From Actinomycetes bacterium (GTDB lineage: Bacteria; Actinomycetota; Actinomycetes; Prado026), in the NCBI GenBank assembly GCA_038210415.1, contig JBBQWS010000012.1:1611-65610 (forward strand): a stretch of DNA of 64,000 nt, in the 5' to 3' direction. The translations under genes and the position numbers were made by a program. Below, in pieces: positions 7,326 through 17,281 of the stretch (its first letter is position 1; every line of letters begins with the position of its first letter). A model generated the notes under the pieces. The model worked only from the letters and a program-made list of their open reading frames with translations. It ran no database searches and was not told where the DNA came from.

Positions 7326-9007
7326 CCGACGGCGGCCGCGGCCTTGGCCCGGATCGTCTCGGGATCGTCGACCGTCGCTCCGGAGTCGCTCAGCCAGGCA
7401 TCGATCTCGGCCCGTTCGGCGTGGCACATGACCGCGACGACATCGCCGGGCTGCGCGTGCCTCAGCAGCCGCTGCAGCCCGGCCAGCTCGGTCGGCTCCT
7501 CGGGCAGGTCACTGACGCCGACCGAAGCGGCCCCGGCGCGATAGAGCGCCGCCATCTCCGCCGGGGTCCTGCCCCGCAGGTACCGCTCCTTGTGCCCGAT
7601 CACCACGTCGTCAGCGCCACGCGCCGCGAGCTCGCCGAGCAGCGTGAGCACGTCGTCGGTGCGGTCACCAGCCGTGCCGAGTACCAGCCGGACCGAGCAG
7701 CCCGGGGCGCGCAGCCCGTGCAGCACGGACAGCAATGACCTCAGCCCCGCTTCGTTGTGGGCCAGGTCGACCACCACGGTGACGCGGTGCAGGCTGTAGA
7801 CGTTCAACCGGCCCGGGTTGTGCTCCGGCCCCGGGCGGAACGTCCGCAGCCCCTCGACCACGGCGGCGCGCGGCAGCCCGAGCGCGAGCGCCGCAGCCGT
7901 GGCGGCGAGGGCGTTGGCCACGTCGTGCCTCGACAGACCGGCCATCGCCACCGGCAGGTCGAGCACCGGCAGCAGGAGGTCCGGGTCGAGCGAACCGTCC
8001 AGCACAGCCAGCTGCCCGTCCACGACGGTGGCTCCGCGGCCACCCTCGTCGATGGCGGCGCGCAACGAGGGCGACTCCGGGTCGAGGGAGAAGATCCACG
8101 GCCGGGCCTTCGTCCGGGTTCGCATGGCGAAGGTCCGCGGGTCGTCACCGTTCAGCACGGTCCAGCCGCCGGCCCTCGTCACCCCCACCACGATGGCCTT
8201 GACCTCTGCCAGCTGGTCGAGGGTGTCGATGCCCTGCATCCCCAGGTGGTCGGCCGAGACGTTCGTGACGACGGACACGTCGTTGTGGTCGACACCCATC
8301 CCCCGCAGCAGCAGCCCGCCGCGGGCGGTCTCGAGCACCGCGAGCTCTATACCCGGCTCGGCGAGCACGCGTCGCGCACCCCCGGGGCCCGACCAGTCGC
8401 CCGCCTCGACGAGCTCACCGTGCAGGTAGATGCCGTCCGTGTTGTTCCAGCCGGTGCGCAGCCCCGCCGTCATCGAGAGGTGGCTGATCAGCCGGGTGAC
8501 AGTTGTCTTCCCGTTGGTGCCGGTCACCGAGACAACCGGGATGCGTGGGTTGAGCACCTCGGGGCGCGGACCAAGCGGCGACACCCGAACCTCGGCCGCG
8601 GCCTCGGCGAGCCAGTCCGGCGGCAGCGCGGCCGGATCCCCGGAGAGCACCCGGGCGGCCACCTCGCCGAGCGACTCGGCCCGGCCGCGGTGCCGCCACG
8701 GGTACGCGACGACGATCTCCGCGAGGTCGGCACCCGGTCTGGCCCGAACCCCGAGCCGCGTCGTGCCAGAAGCGGTGGCTAGCCGACGGAGCACCGACTC
8801 ACCTAGCCGCAGCAACGCCGCCTGCCGCGCTCGGGTGGCTGGCGACCCGGGCCGGCCGATCCGGACGCCGAGGGCACGCGCCGCCGGGCCGAACTCCGCT
8901 ACGGACAGCCCGGCGTAAGGCCCGAGGTCTAGGGTCAGCTTGATCGCCGGACGGGGGAAGTAGAGGTTCGGCCCGTCGAGCACCCGCAGCTCGACCAGCG
9001 CGGACAC
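7322..9007 (-). CDS. cyanophycin-synthetase-like ligase lacking the ATP-grasp domain (CphA N domain + Mur-ligase M domain only)
   Basis: Track ORF 7322..9040. VELRVLDGPNLYFPRPAIKLTLDLG parallels the cphA N domain. VSVTGTNGKTTVTRL, VVTNVSADHLGMQGIDTLDQLAEVKAIVV and GRLNVY...VVVDLAHNEAG...LGTAGDRTDD parallel the cphA M domain almost block for block. Likely GTG start at 9007 (GAAGG upstream), 7 nt after the inhA stop. Confidence 0.8.
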   Translation of the reverse strand: MSALVELRVLDGPNLYFPRPAIKLTLDLGPYAGLSVAEFGPAARALGVRIGRPGSPATRARQAALLRLGESVLRRLATASGTTRLGVRARPGADLAEIVVAYPWRHRGRAESLGEVAARVLSGDPAALPPDWLAEAAAEVRVSPLGPRPEVLNPRIPVVSVTGTNGKTTVTRLISHLSMTAGLRTGWNNTDGIYLHGELVEAGDWSGPGGARRVLAEPGIELAVLETARGGLLLRGMGVDHNDVSVVTNVSADHLGMQGIDTLDQLAEVKAIVVGVTRAGGWTVLNGDDPRTFAMRTRTKARPWIFSLDPESPSLRAAIDEGGRGATVVDGQLAVLDGSLDPDLLLPVLDLPVAMAGLSRHDVANALAATAAALALGLPRAAVVEGLRTFRPGPEHNPGRLNVYSLHRVTVVVDLAHNEAGLRSLLSVLHGLRAPGCSVRLVLGTAGDRTDDVLTLLGELAARGADDVVIGHKERYLRGRTPAEMAALYRAGAASVGVSDLPEEPTELAGLQRLLRHAQPGDVVAVMCHAERAEIDAWLSDSGATVDDPETIRAKAAAAVG

Positions 9008-9014
9008 CGGCGGC

Positions 9015-9782
9015 TCAGCCTTCGATCGCGTGGACGCCACCGTCGACGTGGACGATCTCGCCGGTGGTCTTGGGGAACCAGTCCGACATCAGCGCCACGC
9101 AGCCCTGTGCCGCGGGAACGGGGTCACCGAGGTCCCAGCCGATCGGCGACCGCACGTTCCACATGTTCTCGAACTGCTCGAAGCCGGGGATCGACGTCGC
9201 GGCGATCGTCTTGATGGGACCCGCGGCGACGAGGTTGACCCGGATCCCCTTGGGGCCGAGGTCTCTGGCGAGGTAGCGCGAGGTCGACTCGAACGCAGCC
9301 TTGGCCACACCCATCCAGTCGTACTTGGGCCAGGCCACCGTCGCGTCGAACGTGAGGCCCACGACGGCACCGCCGTCGGTCATCAGCGGCAGGGCCGCCA
9401 TCGCCAGCGACTTCAACGAGAAGGCCGAGACGTGGACCGCGGTGGCGACGTCGGCCCACTCGGTGTTGAGGAAGTTGCCGCCCAGCGCTGCTGCTGGCGC
9501 GAAGCCGATCGAGTGCAGCACCCCGTCGAGGCCGTCGACGTGCTCGCGCACCCGCTCGGCCAGGGCCGCGAGGTCGTCGCTGCTCGTGACGTCCAGCTCG
9601 ACGACTGCGGCCGGGTGCGGGAGCCGGCCGCCGATCCGACGGGTGAGGCTCAGCCCCCGCCCGAACCCGGTGAGGACGACCGTCGCGCCCTCTTCTTGTG
9701 CCAGCCGCGCCACGTGGAAGGCGATCGACGCCTCAGTGAGCACGCCCGTCACGAGGATGCGCTTGCCCTCGAGGATTCCCAT
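9015..9782 (-). CDS. inhA: NADH-dependent enoyl-ACP reductase
   Basis: MGILEGKRILVTGVLTEASIAFHVARLAQEEGATVVLTGFGR closely matches the InhA/FabI N-terminus. GAGG lies 6 nt upstream of ATG 9782 (track start is 9794). Follows fabG1, as in mycobacteria. Confidence 0.9.
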   Translation of the reverse strand: MGILEGKRILVTGVLTEASIAFHVARLAQEEGATVVLTGFGRGLSLTRRIGGRLPHPAAVVELDVTSSDDLAALAERVREHVDGLDGVLHSIGFAPAAALGGNFLNTEWADVATAVHVSAFSLKSLAMAALPLMTDGGAVVGLTFDATVAWPKYDWMGVAKAAFESTSRYLARDLGPKGIRVNLVAAGPIKTIAATSIPGFEQFENMWNVRSPIGWDLGDPVPAAQGCVALMSDWFPKTTGEIVHVDGGVHAIEG

Positions 9783-9835
9783 GCCCTGCCTCATCCCTGG
9801 TTCGTGTGGTGCTGACTGCGGAGCGGTGCAGAAGG

Positions 9836-10705
<870 letters not shown>

Positions 10706-10710
10706 TCAGC

Positions 10711-11691
10711 GTGCGTGCCATCCAGATCAGCGAGTTCGGCGGTCCCGAGGTGCTTCAGTTGGTCGACCTGCCGGAGCCGGCAGCCACGGGGCACCAGTTC
10801 GTGGTCGACGTCGACACGGCGGGGGTCAACTACGCGGACACGCACCAGATCGAGAACACCTACCTGTCGCGACAGACGCTGCCCATGGTCCCCGGCGCCG
10901 AGGTGGTGGGCCGGGCGCCGGACGGGCGCCGCGTGCTGGCGGTCGCTCTGACCGGCGGCTACGCGGAGCGCACGCTCGCCACCCCGGCGACGACGTTCGA
11001 CGTGCCCGACGCGGTCGACGACGCGTCCGCCGTGGCGATGATGGTGCAGGGTGCGACCGCCTGGCACCTGCTTCAGACGTCGGCCCACCTCGTACCCGGC
11101 GAGACGGTCGTCGTGCACGCCGCCGCCGGCGGGGTCGGCACGATCGCGGTCCAGCTGGCCAAGGCCTGGGGCGCGGGTCGGGTGATCGCGACCGCCTCGA
11201 CCCAGGAAAAGCGCGACCTCGCCCTGTCCCTCGGGGCCGACGTGGCGGTCGAGGCCGACGGCGACGGGCTGACGGAGCGCTTGCGCGAGGCGAACGACGG
11301 ACGCCTGGTCGACATCGTGCTCGAGATGACCGGTGGCCCGGTGTTCGACCAGAGCCTGGCCGCCCTCGCGCCGTTCGGCCGCCTGGCAACGTTCGGCATG
11401 GCCGCCCGCACGCCACCGACTCCGGTGAACGCCGGTGACCTGATGGCGCACTCGCGTGCCGTGATCGGATTCTGGCTGGCCCACTGCTTCAGCCACCCCG
11501 AAATGCTCGCCGCCCCGATCGCTGAGCTGTTCGCGATGCTCGAGGCGGGCTCGCTCCGCGTCATCGCCGGTGGGCACTACCCGCTCGCCGAGGCGGCCAG
11601 GGCCCACCAGGACCTGCTCGCTCGGCGCAGCGTCGGCAAGCTGGTGCTGGACGTGAGCGGCGCAACCTCGACCGGAGGCGGCAGCGCGTGA
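10711..11691 (+). CDS. NADPH:quinone oxidoreductase / zinc-type alcohol dehydrogenase superfamily (MDR)
   Basis: VRAIQISEFGGPEVLQLVDLPEP and nucleotide-binding motif HAAAGGVGTIAVQLAK. AGGAGGAG lies 9 nt upstream of GTG 10711. Confidence 0.8.
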   Translation: MRAIQISEFGGPEVLQLVDLPEPAATGHQFVVDVDTAGVNYADTHQIENTYLSRQTLPMVPGAEVVGRAPDGRRVLAVALTGGYAERTLATPATTFDVPDAVDDASAVAMMVQGATAWHLLQTSAHLVPGETVVVHAAAGGVGTIAVQLAKAWGAGRVIATASTQEKRDLALSLGADVAVEADGDGLTERLREANDGRLVDIVLEMTGGPVFDQSLAALAPFGRLATFGMAARTPPTPVNAGDLMAHSRAVIGFWLAHCFSHPEMLAAPIAELFAMLEAGSLRVIAGGHYPLAEAARAHQDLLARRSVGKLVLDVSGATSTGGGSA

Positions 11692-13202
11692 CCGGGAACC
11701 ACGAGGTCGATGCTGACTTCCGCACCCTCCCGCACCGGGCGGTGGCCGACGCCGCGCTGAGCCGGTGCCGCGAGCTCGGCGCCGAGAACGCCGACGTACG
11801 CGTGGAGCGGCACAGCGGCCAGCTGCTGAGGCTTCGTGACGGACGGCTCGAAGGAAGCTCCGACAGCCAGGACACCGGGTTCTCCGTACGAGTCGTCCAC
11901 GACGGCTCTTGGGGCTTCGCCGCTGCCGTCGACCTCACCCCGGACGAGGCGGTGCGGGCCGCGGAGCGAGCCGTCGACATGGCCCGGCTGTCCCGGCCGT
12001 TGTCCACCGAGCGCGTCGTGCTCGCCGATGAGCCCGTCTACGTCGACGCGACGTTCGTCTCCGCGTACGACGTCGATCCGTTCGGTGTCTCCGAAGCCGA
12101 CAAGGTCGCGCTGCTCGCGTCGTGGAGCGAGCGCCTGCTGGCCGCCGCGGGGGTGGACCACGTCGACGCGAGCAGCTACGCCGTAAAGGAGCAGACCTTC
12201 TACGCCGATCTCGCCGGCACGAGCACGACCCAGCAGCGGGTCCGGATCGAGCCGGAGGTCACCGTCGTCGGTATCGACCCGTCCGGTGCTGGCTTCGAGA
12301 CGATGCGCACGGTCGCGCCGCCGGTCGGCCGGGGCTGGGAGTACCTCCTCGGTACCGGGTGGGACTGGGTCGCCGAGCTCGACGAGCTGCCCGAACTGCT
12401 GCGCGAGCGGCTGCTCGCCCCGTCGGTCGAGGCCGGCCGCTACGACCTCGTGGTCGACCCGACCAACCTCTGGCTGACCATCCACGAGTCGGTCGGTCAC
12501 GCCACCGAGCTCGACCGGGCCCTGGGCTACGAGGCCAACTACGCGGGCACCTCGTTCGCGACCTTCGACCAGCTCGGCACGTTGAAGTACGGCTCCGAGC
12601 TGATGCACGTCACCGGGGACCGCACCACCGTCCACGGCCTGTCCACCGTCGGGTACGACGACGAAGGTGTCGCCGCGCAGGAATGGGACCTGATCAAGAA
12701 CGGCCTGCTCGTGGGTTACCAGCTCGACCGCTCGATGGCGAGCCTCAAAGGATTCGCCCGCTCGAACGGTTGCGCGTACGCCGACTCCGCGTCGCACGTC
12801 CCCGTCCAGCGGATGCCCAACGTGTCGTTGCAGCCGGCCGCGAACGGCCCTAGCACGGCGGAGCTGATCGCCGGCGTCGACGACGGGCTCTACGTCGTGG
12901 GCGACAAGAGCTGGTCGATCGACATGCAGCGGTACAACTTCCAGTTCACCGGGCAACGGTTCTACCGGATCCGCGGCGGGCGGCTCGCCGGCCAGGTCAA
13001 GGACGCCGCCTACCAGGCGACCACCACCGACTTCTGGGGGTCGATGACCGGTCTGGGTGGTCCCCAGACGTTCCTGCTGGGCGGCGCCTTCAACTGCGGC
13101 AAGGCGCAGCCCGGACAGGTTGCCGCCGTCAGCCATGGCTGCCCAGCTGCGCTGTTCAGCCAGATCAACATCCTCAACACCGTGCAGGAGGCAGGGCGAT
13201 GA
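11688..13202 (+). CDS. tldD: TldD-family metallopeptidase
   Basis: 504 aa. HESVGHATELDR zinc motif and typical TldD length. The start overlaps the qor stop (GTGA). Confidence 0.85.
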   Translation: MTGNHEVDADFRTLPHRAVADAALSRCRELGAENADVRVERHSGQLLRLRDGRLEGSSDSQDTGFSVRVVHDGSWGFAAAVDLTPDEAVRAAERAVDMARLSRPLSTERVVLADEPVYVDATFVSAYDVDPFGVSEADKVALLASWSERLLAAAGVDHVDASSYAVKEQTFYADLAGTSTTQQRVRIEPEVTVVGIDPSGAGFETMRTVAPPVGRGWEYLLGTGWDWVAELDELPELLRERLLAPSVEAGRYDLVVDPTNLWLTIHESVGHATELDRALGYEANYAGTSFATFDQLGTLKYGSELMHVTGDRTTVHGLSTVGYDDEGVAAQEWDLIKNGLLVGYQLDRSMASLKGFARSNGCAYADSASHVPVQRMPNVSLQPAANGPSTAELIAGVDDGLYVVGDKSWSIDMQRYNFQFTGQRFYRIRGGRLAGQVKDAAYQATTTDFWGSMTGLGGPQTFLLGGAFNCGKAQPGQVAAVSHGCPAALFSQINILNTVQEAGR

Positions 13203-14584
13203 CCCCGCAGGAGCTCGTCGAGCGGACGCTGGCGCTCTCCCGCACGGACGGTTGCGTCGTGCTCGCCCAGGAGTCGAGCAGCGCCAACCTTCGCTGGGCC
13301 GGCAACACCCTGACCACCAACGGCGTGATGCGGGGTCGTGCGCTCACGGTCATCGCCACGGTCGACGGTGCCGAGGGCACCGCCTCAGGTTCGCTGTCGC
13401 GCAGCAACGTGGCCGCTGACGAGCTCGAACGGCTGGTGCGCGCCGCGGAGTCAGCGGCCCGCGCCGCCGGCCCGGCAGAGGACGCCCGCCCGCTGGTGTC
13501 TGACGCGCCCGCCTCAACGGACTGGGCCGACGAGCCGGCGGTGACGTCCGGCTCGGTCTTCGAGACGTTCGCCCCAGCGCTCGGCGCGGCCTTCGAACGA
13601 GCTCGAGCGCAGGACCGCGAGCTCTTCGGGTTCGCCGAGCACGACCTGGTGACCACCTACCTGGGCTCTTCGACCGGGCTCCGGCTGCGGCACGACCAGC
13701 CGACCGGGAAGGTCGAGATCACCGGGAAGTCCGCGGCCCGGACCCGGTCAACGTACGTCGGCCAGGCCACGAGCGACTTCTCCGACATCGACGTCGACGC
13801 CCTCGAGGCCGAGGTGGTCCGCCGGCTGGGCTGGGCCGAGCGCGCCATCGACATCGACCCGGGCCGCTACGACACGATCCTGCCGCCCGGTGCCATGGCT
13901 GACCTGATGATCTACCTGTACTGGTCCGGCTCGGCCCGCGAGGCGCACGACGGCCGAACGGTGTTCAGTCGTTCCGGCGGAGGCACCCGCATCGGAGACC
14001 GACTGGCCGACGTGCCCCTCGAGCTCTGGAGCGACCCGGCGCACCCGGGCCTTGCGTGCGAGCCTTTCGTCGCGACGGGCTCGTCGGGCTCCACCACGTC
14101 GGTGTTCGACAATGGGCTCCCCCTCGACCGCACGTCCTGGATCCGCGACGGCAAGCTCGCCGCGCTGCTGCAGACCCGCGCCTCTGCCGAGCTGACCGGG
14201 CTTCCGGTCACGCCCGGCATCGACAACCTGCTCCTCGCGGTGCCCGGGGCGACGGGCGATACCGACGACCTGGTCGCGGCGACCCGTGGCCGGGCCCTGC
14301 TGGTGACCTGCCTGTGGTACATCCGCGAGGTCGACCCGCAGACCCTGCTCCTGACCGGCCTCACCCGAGACGGCGTGTACGTCGTCGACGACGGCGAGGT
14401 CGTCGGTGCGGCCACCAACTTCCGGTTCAACGAGAGCCCGGTCGATCTGCTGAGCCGGATCGCCGGAGCGTCCGCGACCTTGCCGTGCCTGCCGCGTGAG
14501 TGGAACGACTACTTCACGCGTACGGCGATGCCCGCGCTGCGCATCAGTGGGTTCAACATGTCGACGCCCAGCCAGGCGAACTAG
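13199..14584 (+). CDS. pmbA: TldE/PmbA-family metallopeptidase partner subunit
   Basis: 461 aa. Lacks the HExxxH motif. 4-nt overlap with tldD, the canonical TldD/TldE pairing. Confidence 0.75.
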   Translation: MTPQELVERTLALSRTDGCVVLAQESSSANLRWAGNTLTTNGVMRGRALTVIATVDGAEGTASGSLSRSNVAADELERLVRAAESAARAAGPAEDARPLVSDAPASTDWADEPAVTSGSVFETFAPALGAAFERARAQDRELFGFAEHDLVTTYLGSSTGLRLRHDQPTGKVEITGKSAARTRSTYVGQATSDFSDIDVDALEAEVVRRLGWAERAIDIDPGRYDTILPPGAMADLMIYLYWSGSAREAHDGRTVFSRSGGGTRIGDRLADVPLELWSDPAHPGLACEPFVATGSSGSTTSVFDNGLPLDRTSWIRDGKLAALLQTRASAELTGLPVTPGIDNLLLAVPGATGDTDDLVAATRGRALLVTCLWYIREVDPQTLLLTGLTRDGVYVVDDGEVVGAATNFRFNESPVDLLSRIAGASATLPCLPREWNDYFTRTAMPALRISGFNMSTPSQAN

Positions 14585-14594
14585 CGGCTCAGCG

Positions 14595-14807
14595 TCACGA
14601 GTCCTCGAGGCGGAAACCGACCTTCATGCCGACCTGCACGTGCTCGACCTCGCCGTCGACGATCTGCCCACGGATCTCGGTGACCTCGAACCAGTCGAGG
14701 TGGCGAAGCGTCTGGCCGGCGCGGGCGATCCCGTTGCGTATGGCTACGTCGATCCCCTCGTCGCTGGTGCCGACGATCTCGGTGACGCGGTAGGTACGGT
14801 TCGACAT
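14595..14807 (-). CDS. dodecin family flavin-binding protein
   Basis: 70-aa product MSNRTYRVTEIVGTSDEGIDVAIRNGIARAGQTLRHLDWFEVTEIRGQIVDGEVEHVQVGMKVGFRLEDS from the internal ATG at 14807 of track ORF 14595..14897. Confidence 0.8.
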   Translation of the reverse strand: MSNRTYRVTEIVGTSDEGIDVAIRNGIARAGQTLRHLDWFEVTEIRGQIVDGEVEHVQVGMKVGFRLEDS

Positions 14808-14963
14808 GGCGACTCCTTGTTCGGACGCTGGTTCGGGGCGCCTCATCATGACCCATCGGCTGGACGTCACTCGAGATGCCCTCGCCAGTCGGGGCACGTA
14901 CCGTATTCACAGCACCGACGACGGCAGGTTTGGGCGGTTCGAGCAGCAGAGAGCAGGGAACAC

Positions 14964-15263
14964 GTGGCGGGCAGATCGGTGCCGGTCTACCGGATCACCG
15001 CTGCTGGCGCACCGTTGTCCGAGGAGCAGAGGGGCCGCACCCGGCGCTATCTGATCTCGATGGGAATCCGCACCCTGTGCTTCCTCGGCGCGATCGTCGT
15101 GGCGGGGCCGATGCGTTGGGTGCTGGTCGTCGGGGCGGTCGGCCTTCCGTATGTCGCTGTAGTCCTCGCCAACGCGGGCAAGGAAAGCAAGCGGGCGGCC
15201 CCGGTGGTCACCTTCGACGTGGCTCGCACCCAGCTTCCGCCGGGAGGTTCGGGCCCAAACTAA
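14964..15263 (+). CDS. DUF3099 domain membrane protein
   Basis: GTG 14964, in frame with track ORF 14496..15263. VYRITAAGAPLSEEQRGRTRRYLISMGIRTLCFLGAIVVAGPMRWVLVVGAVGLPYVAVVLANAG has two TM helices, a typical DUF3099 pattern. Confidence 0.65.
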   Translation: MAGRSVPVYRITAAGAPLSEEQRGRTRRYLISMGIRTLCFLGAIVVAGPMRWVLVVGAVGLPYVAVVLANAGKESKRAAPVVTFDVARTQLPPGGSGPN

Positions 15264-15330
15264 CCCACCTCGACATCATCTGAGGTAACCTTCCCCAGAG
15301 GCGCCGCGGTCCCCCGGTTGCGGTGCCCCG

Positions 15331-15375
15331 CGATGCCGGATGGCTCCCCCCGTGGCTGTCCGGCATCGCTTTTCC
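15331..15375. terminator. stem-loop between the convergent DUF3099 and moaA genes
   Basis: CGATGCCGGA-N18-TCCGGCATCG (10-bp perfect stem), followed on the + strand by CTTTTCCC. Confidence 0.4.
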
Positions 15376-15417
15376 CATTGGTGCAAGGCCTTTTCTCACG
15401 GCGCAACGCCCGCGGAT

Positions 15418-16404
15418 TCAGCCGCCGATGGCCGACATGGGTCGATCCGGCTGCAGGAAAGTCGGGTCGTCGATGCCATGTCCGGCCTTCTTCGCCAGCA
15501 GCGAACCGCGCATCATCTCGACCAACCGGGCGTCGTCCGCGCCCGCGCGCAGCGCCCCTCGCAGGTCGGTCTCTGACTGGGCGAACAGGCAGTCGCGCAG
15601 CTGGCCGTCAGCCGTGAAGCGCAGCCGGTCGCAGGAGCCGCAGAACGGCCGGGTCACCGATCCGATGACGCCGACCCGGCCACGGCCGCCGTCCACGATC
15701 CAGGTCTCGGCCGGCGCACTCCCCCGCGAGCCGTCCGGCTCCGGATCGAGCCGGAACGACGCGTGCAGCAGGGTCAGGATCTCATCGGCGGTCACCATCT
15801 GATTGCGATCCCAGCCGTGCTGGGCGTCCAGCGGCATCTGCTCGATGAATCGCAGCTCGTAGCCGCGCTCGAGGCACCAGGCGAGCAGCTGCGGCGCCTG
15901 CGTGTCGTTGACCCCGCGTAGCAGCACCGCGTTGACCTTCACCGGGCGCAATCCGGCCTGGTGGGCGGCGGCCAGTCCGGCGAGCACATCGGCCAGCCGG
16001 TCGCGGTGCGCCAACGCGATGAACTGATCGCGGTCCAGGGTGTCGAGGCTGACGTTGACCCGGTCGAGCCCGGCGTCACGCAACGGCCCCGCGACCCGCT
16101 CCAAGCCGATCCCGTTCGTCGTGACCGAGAGCTTGGGGCGAGGCTCCAGCGCAGCGACTCGCTCGACGATGGAGACCAGACCACGCCGGAGCAGCGGCTC
16201 GCCGCCGGTGAAGCGGACCTCGGTGACTCCTTCGCCGACGGCCAGCGAGATCAGGCGGACGAGCTCGTCGTCGGTCAGCAGGTCTGGAGTCGGCAACCAC
16301 TCGAGGCCCTCGGGTGGCATGCAGTAGGAGCAGCGCAGGTTGCACTTGTCGGTCAACGAGACGCGCAGGTCGGTCGCGATGCGACCGAACGTGTCCAGCA
16401 GCAC
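15418..16404 (-). CDS. moaA: GTP 3',8-cyclase (molybdenum cofactor biosynthesis, radical SAM)
   Basis: LLDTFGRIATDLRVSLTDKCNLRCSYCMP (CxxxCxxC cluster) and a C-terminal CGSCDRLRFTADG cluster. GTG 16404 gives a typical N-terminus; the track ORF extends spuriously to 16746. Confidence 0.88.
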   Translation of the reverse strand: MLLDTFGRIATDLRVSLTDKCNLRCSYCMPPEGLEWLPTPDLLTDDELVRLISLAVGEGVTEVRFTGGEPLLRRGLVSIVERVAALEPRPKLSVTTNGIGLERVAGPLRDAGLDRVNVSLDTLDRDQFIALAHRDRLADVLAGLAAAHQAGLRPVKVNAVLLRGVNDTQAPQLLAWCLERGYELRFIEQMPLDAQHGWDRNQMVTADEILTLLHASFRLDPEPDGSRGSAPAETWIVDGGRGRVGVIGSVTRPFCGSCDRLRFTADGQLRDCLFAQSETDLRGALRAGADDARLVEMMRGSLLAKKAGHGIDDPTFLQPDRPMSAIGG

Positions 16405-16513
16405 GTCGTCTCCTCCGTCACGCAGGGTTGCCAGGTCGTGGCCTCCGCCAGCGTACGCGCCGGCGGCGTGCCTGGCTCGCGGAGTCGCAAGGGTGTGCAG
16501 GTACCGTCGTGGG

Positions 16514-17281
16514 GTGTACGGCTTCTTGCGCGGACGTCGATGGATCGGCTTTGCGCTGCTCGCCGTCTTCTTCATGCTGCTGTTCGTCCGGCTCGGCTTC
16601 TGGCAGCTCAACCGGCTCTCCGAGCGACGCGCCTCCAACGCCACCATCACCGCGAACACGGCCGCCACGCCAGCGGCGTTCACCGACCTCGTGCTCTCGG
16701 CGCCGCATCCCGGCGACGCCCTGGAGTGGCGCACCGTGACCGTCACCGGCCGCTGGGACGGCGCCCACCAGGTCTATTGGCGCAACCGCACGTTCGACGG
16801 CGCCAACGGGTACGAAGTGATCACCCCGCTGCTGCCGGCGTCCGGGCCGGCCCTGCTGGTCAACCGTGGGTGGGTCCCGTCGGGTGCCTCTGCCGGCGCG
16901 CCCGACAACGTCCCTGTCCCCCAGGACGGGATCGTCTCCGTGGTCGGCTGGCTGCGGATGACCCAGCCGCAGCGCCCGAGCAGCTCTCTGCCGGCGAACC
17001 AGGTGCTGGCGATCAACGCCGAGGCGATCGCCAAGGGCATGCCGTTCCCGGTGTACGACGCGTACGCGATCCTGACCACCGAGTCGCCGGCGCCGCCCGC
17101 CGCGCCCAAGCTGCTGCCCGGGCCGGACCTGACCGAGGGCCCGCACCTGCTGTACGCGATCCAGTGGTACCTCTTCGCGGGGATCGCAGTCGCAGGCTGG
17201 TTCGTCTACGTCAGGCGGGAGGCGCAGGATCGGGCCGCCGCCGGTCCGCCCCCGGCCATGGCCCCGGCGTCGACGAGTTGA
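16514..17281 (+). CDS. SURF1 family cytochrome oxidase biogenesis protein
   Basis: VYGFLRGRRWIGFALLAVFFMLLFVRLGFWQLNR..., GYEVITPLL, LVNRGWVP and GPHLLYAIQWYLFAGIAV. GTG 16514 is in frame with track ORF 16340..17281. Confidence 0.75.
   Translation: MYGFLRGRRWIGFALLAVFFMLLFVRLGFWQLNRLSERRASNATITANTAATPAAFTDLVLSAPHPGDALEWRTVTVTGRWDGAHQVYWRNRTFDGANGYEVITPLLPASGPALLVNRGWVPSGASAGAPDNVPVPQDGIVSVVGWLRMTQPQRPSSSLPANQVLAINAEAIAKGMPFPVYDAYAILTTESPAPPAAPKLLPGPDLTEGPHLLYAIQWYLFAGIAVAGWFVYVRREAQDRAAAGPPPAMAPASTS

Noticed and set aside
11577-13136. 519-aa minus-strand ORF opposite tldD (similar long antisense ORFs lie opposite GH5 at 4054..5625 and 4118..5551, opposite zwf at 45247..46689, and opposite uvrC at 62472..63518)
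   Set aside because: Each overlaps a sense-strand gene carrying clear family motifs and itself has only low-complexity R/G/A/P/D composition. These are GC-driven stop-codon depletion artefacts.
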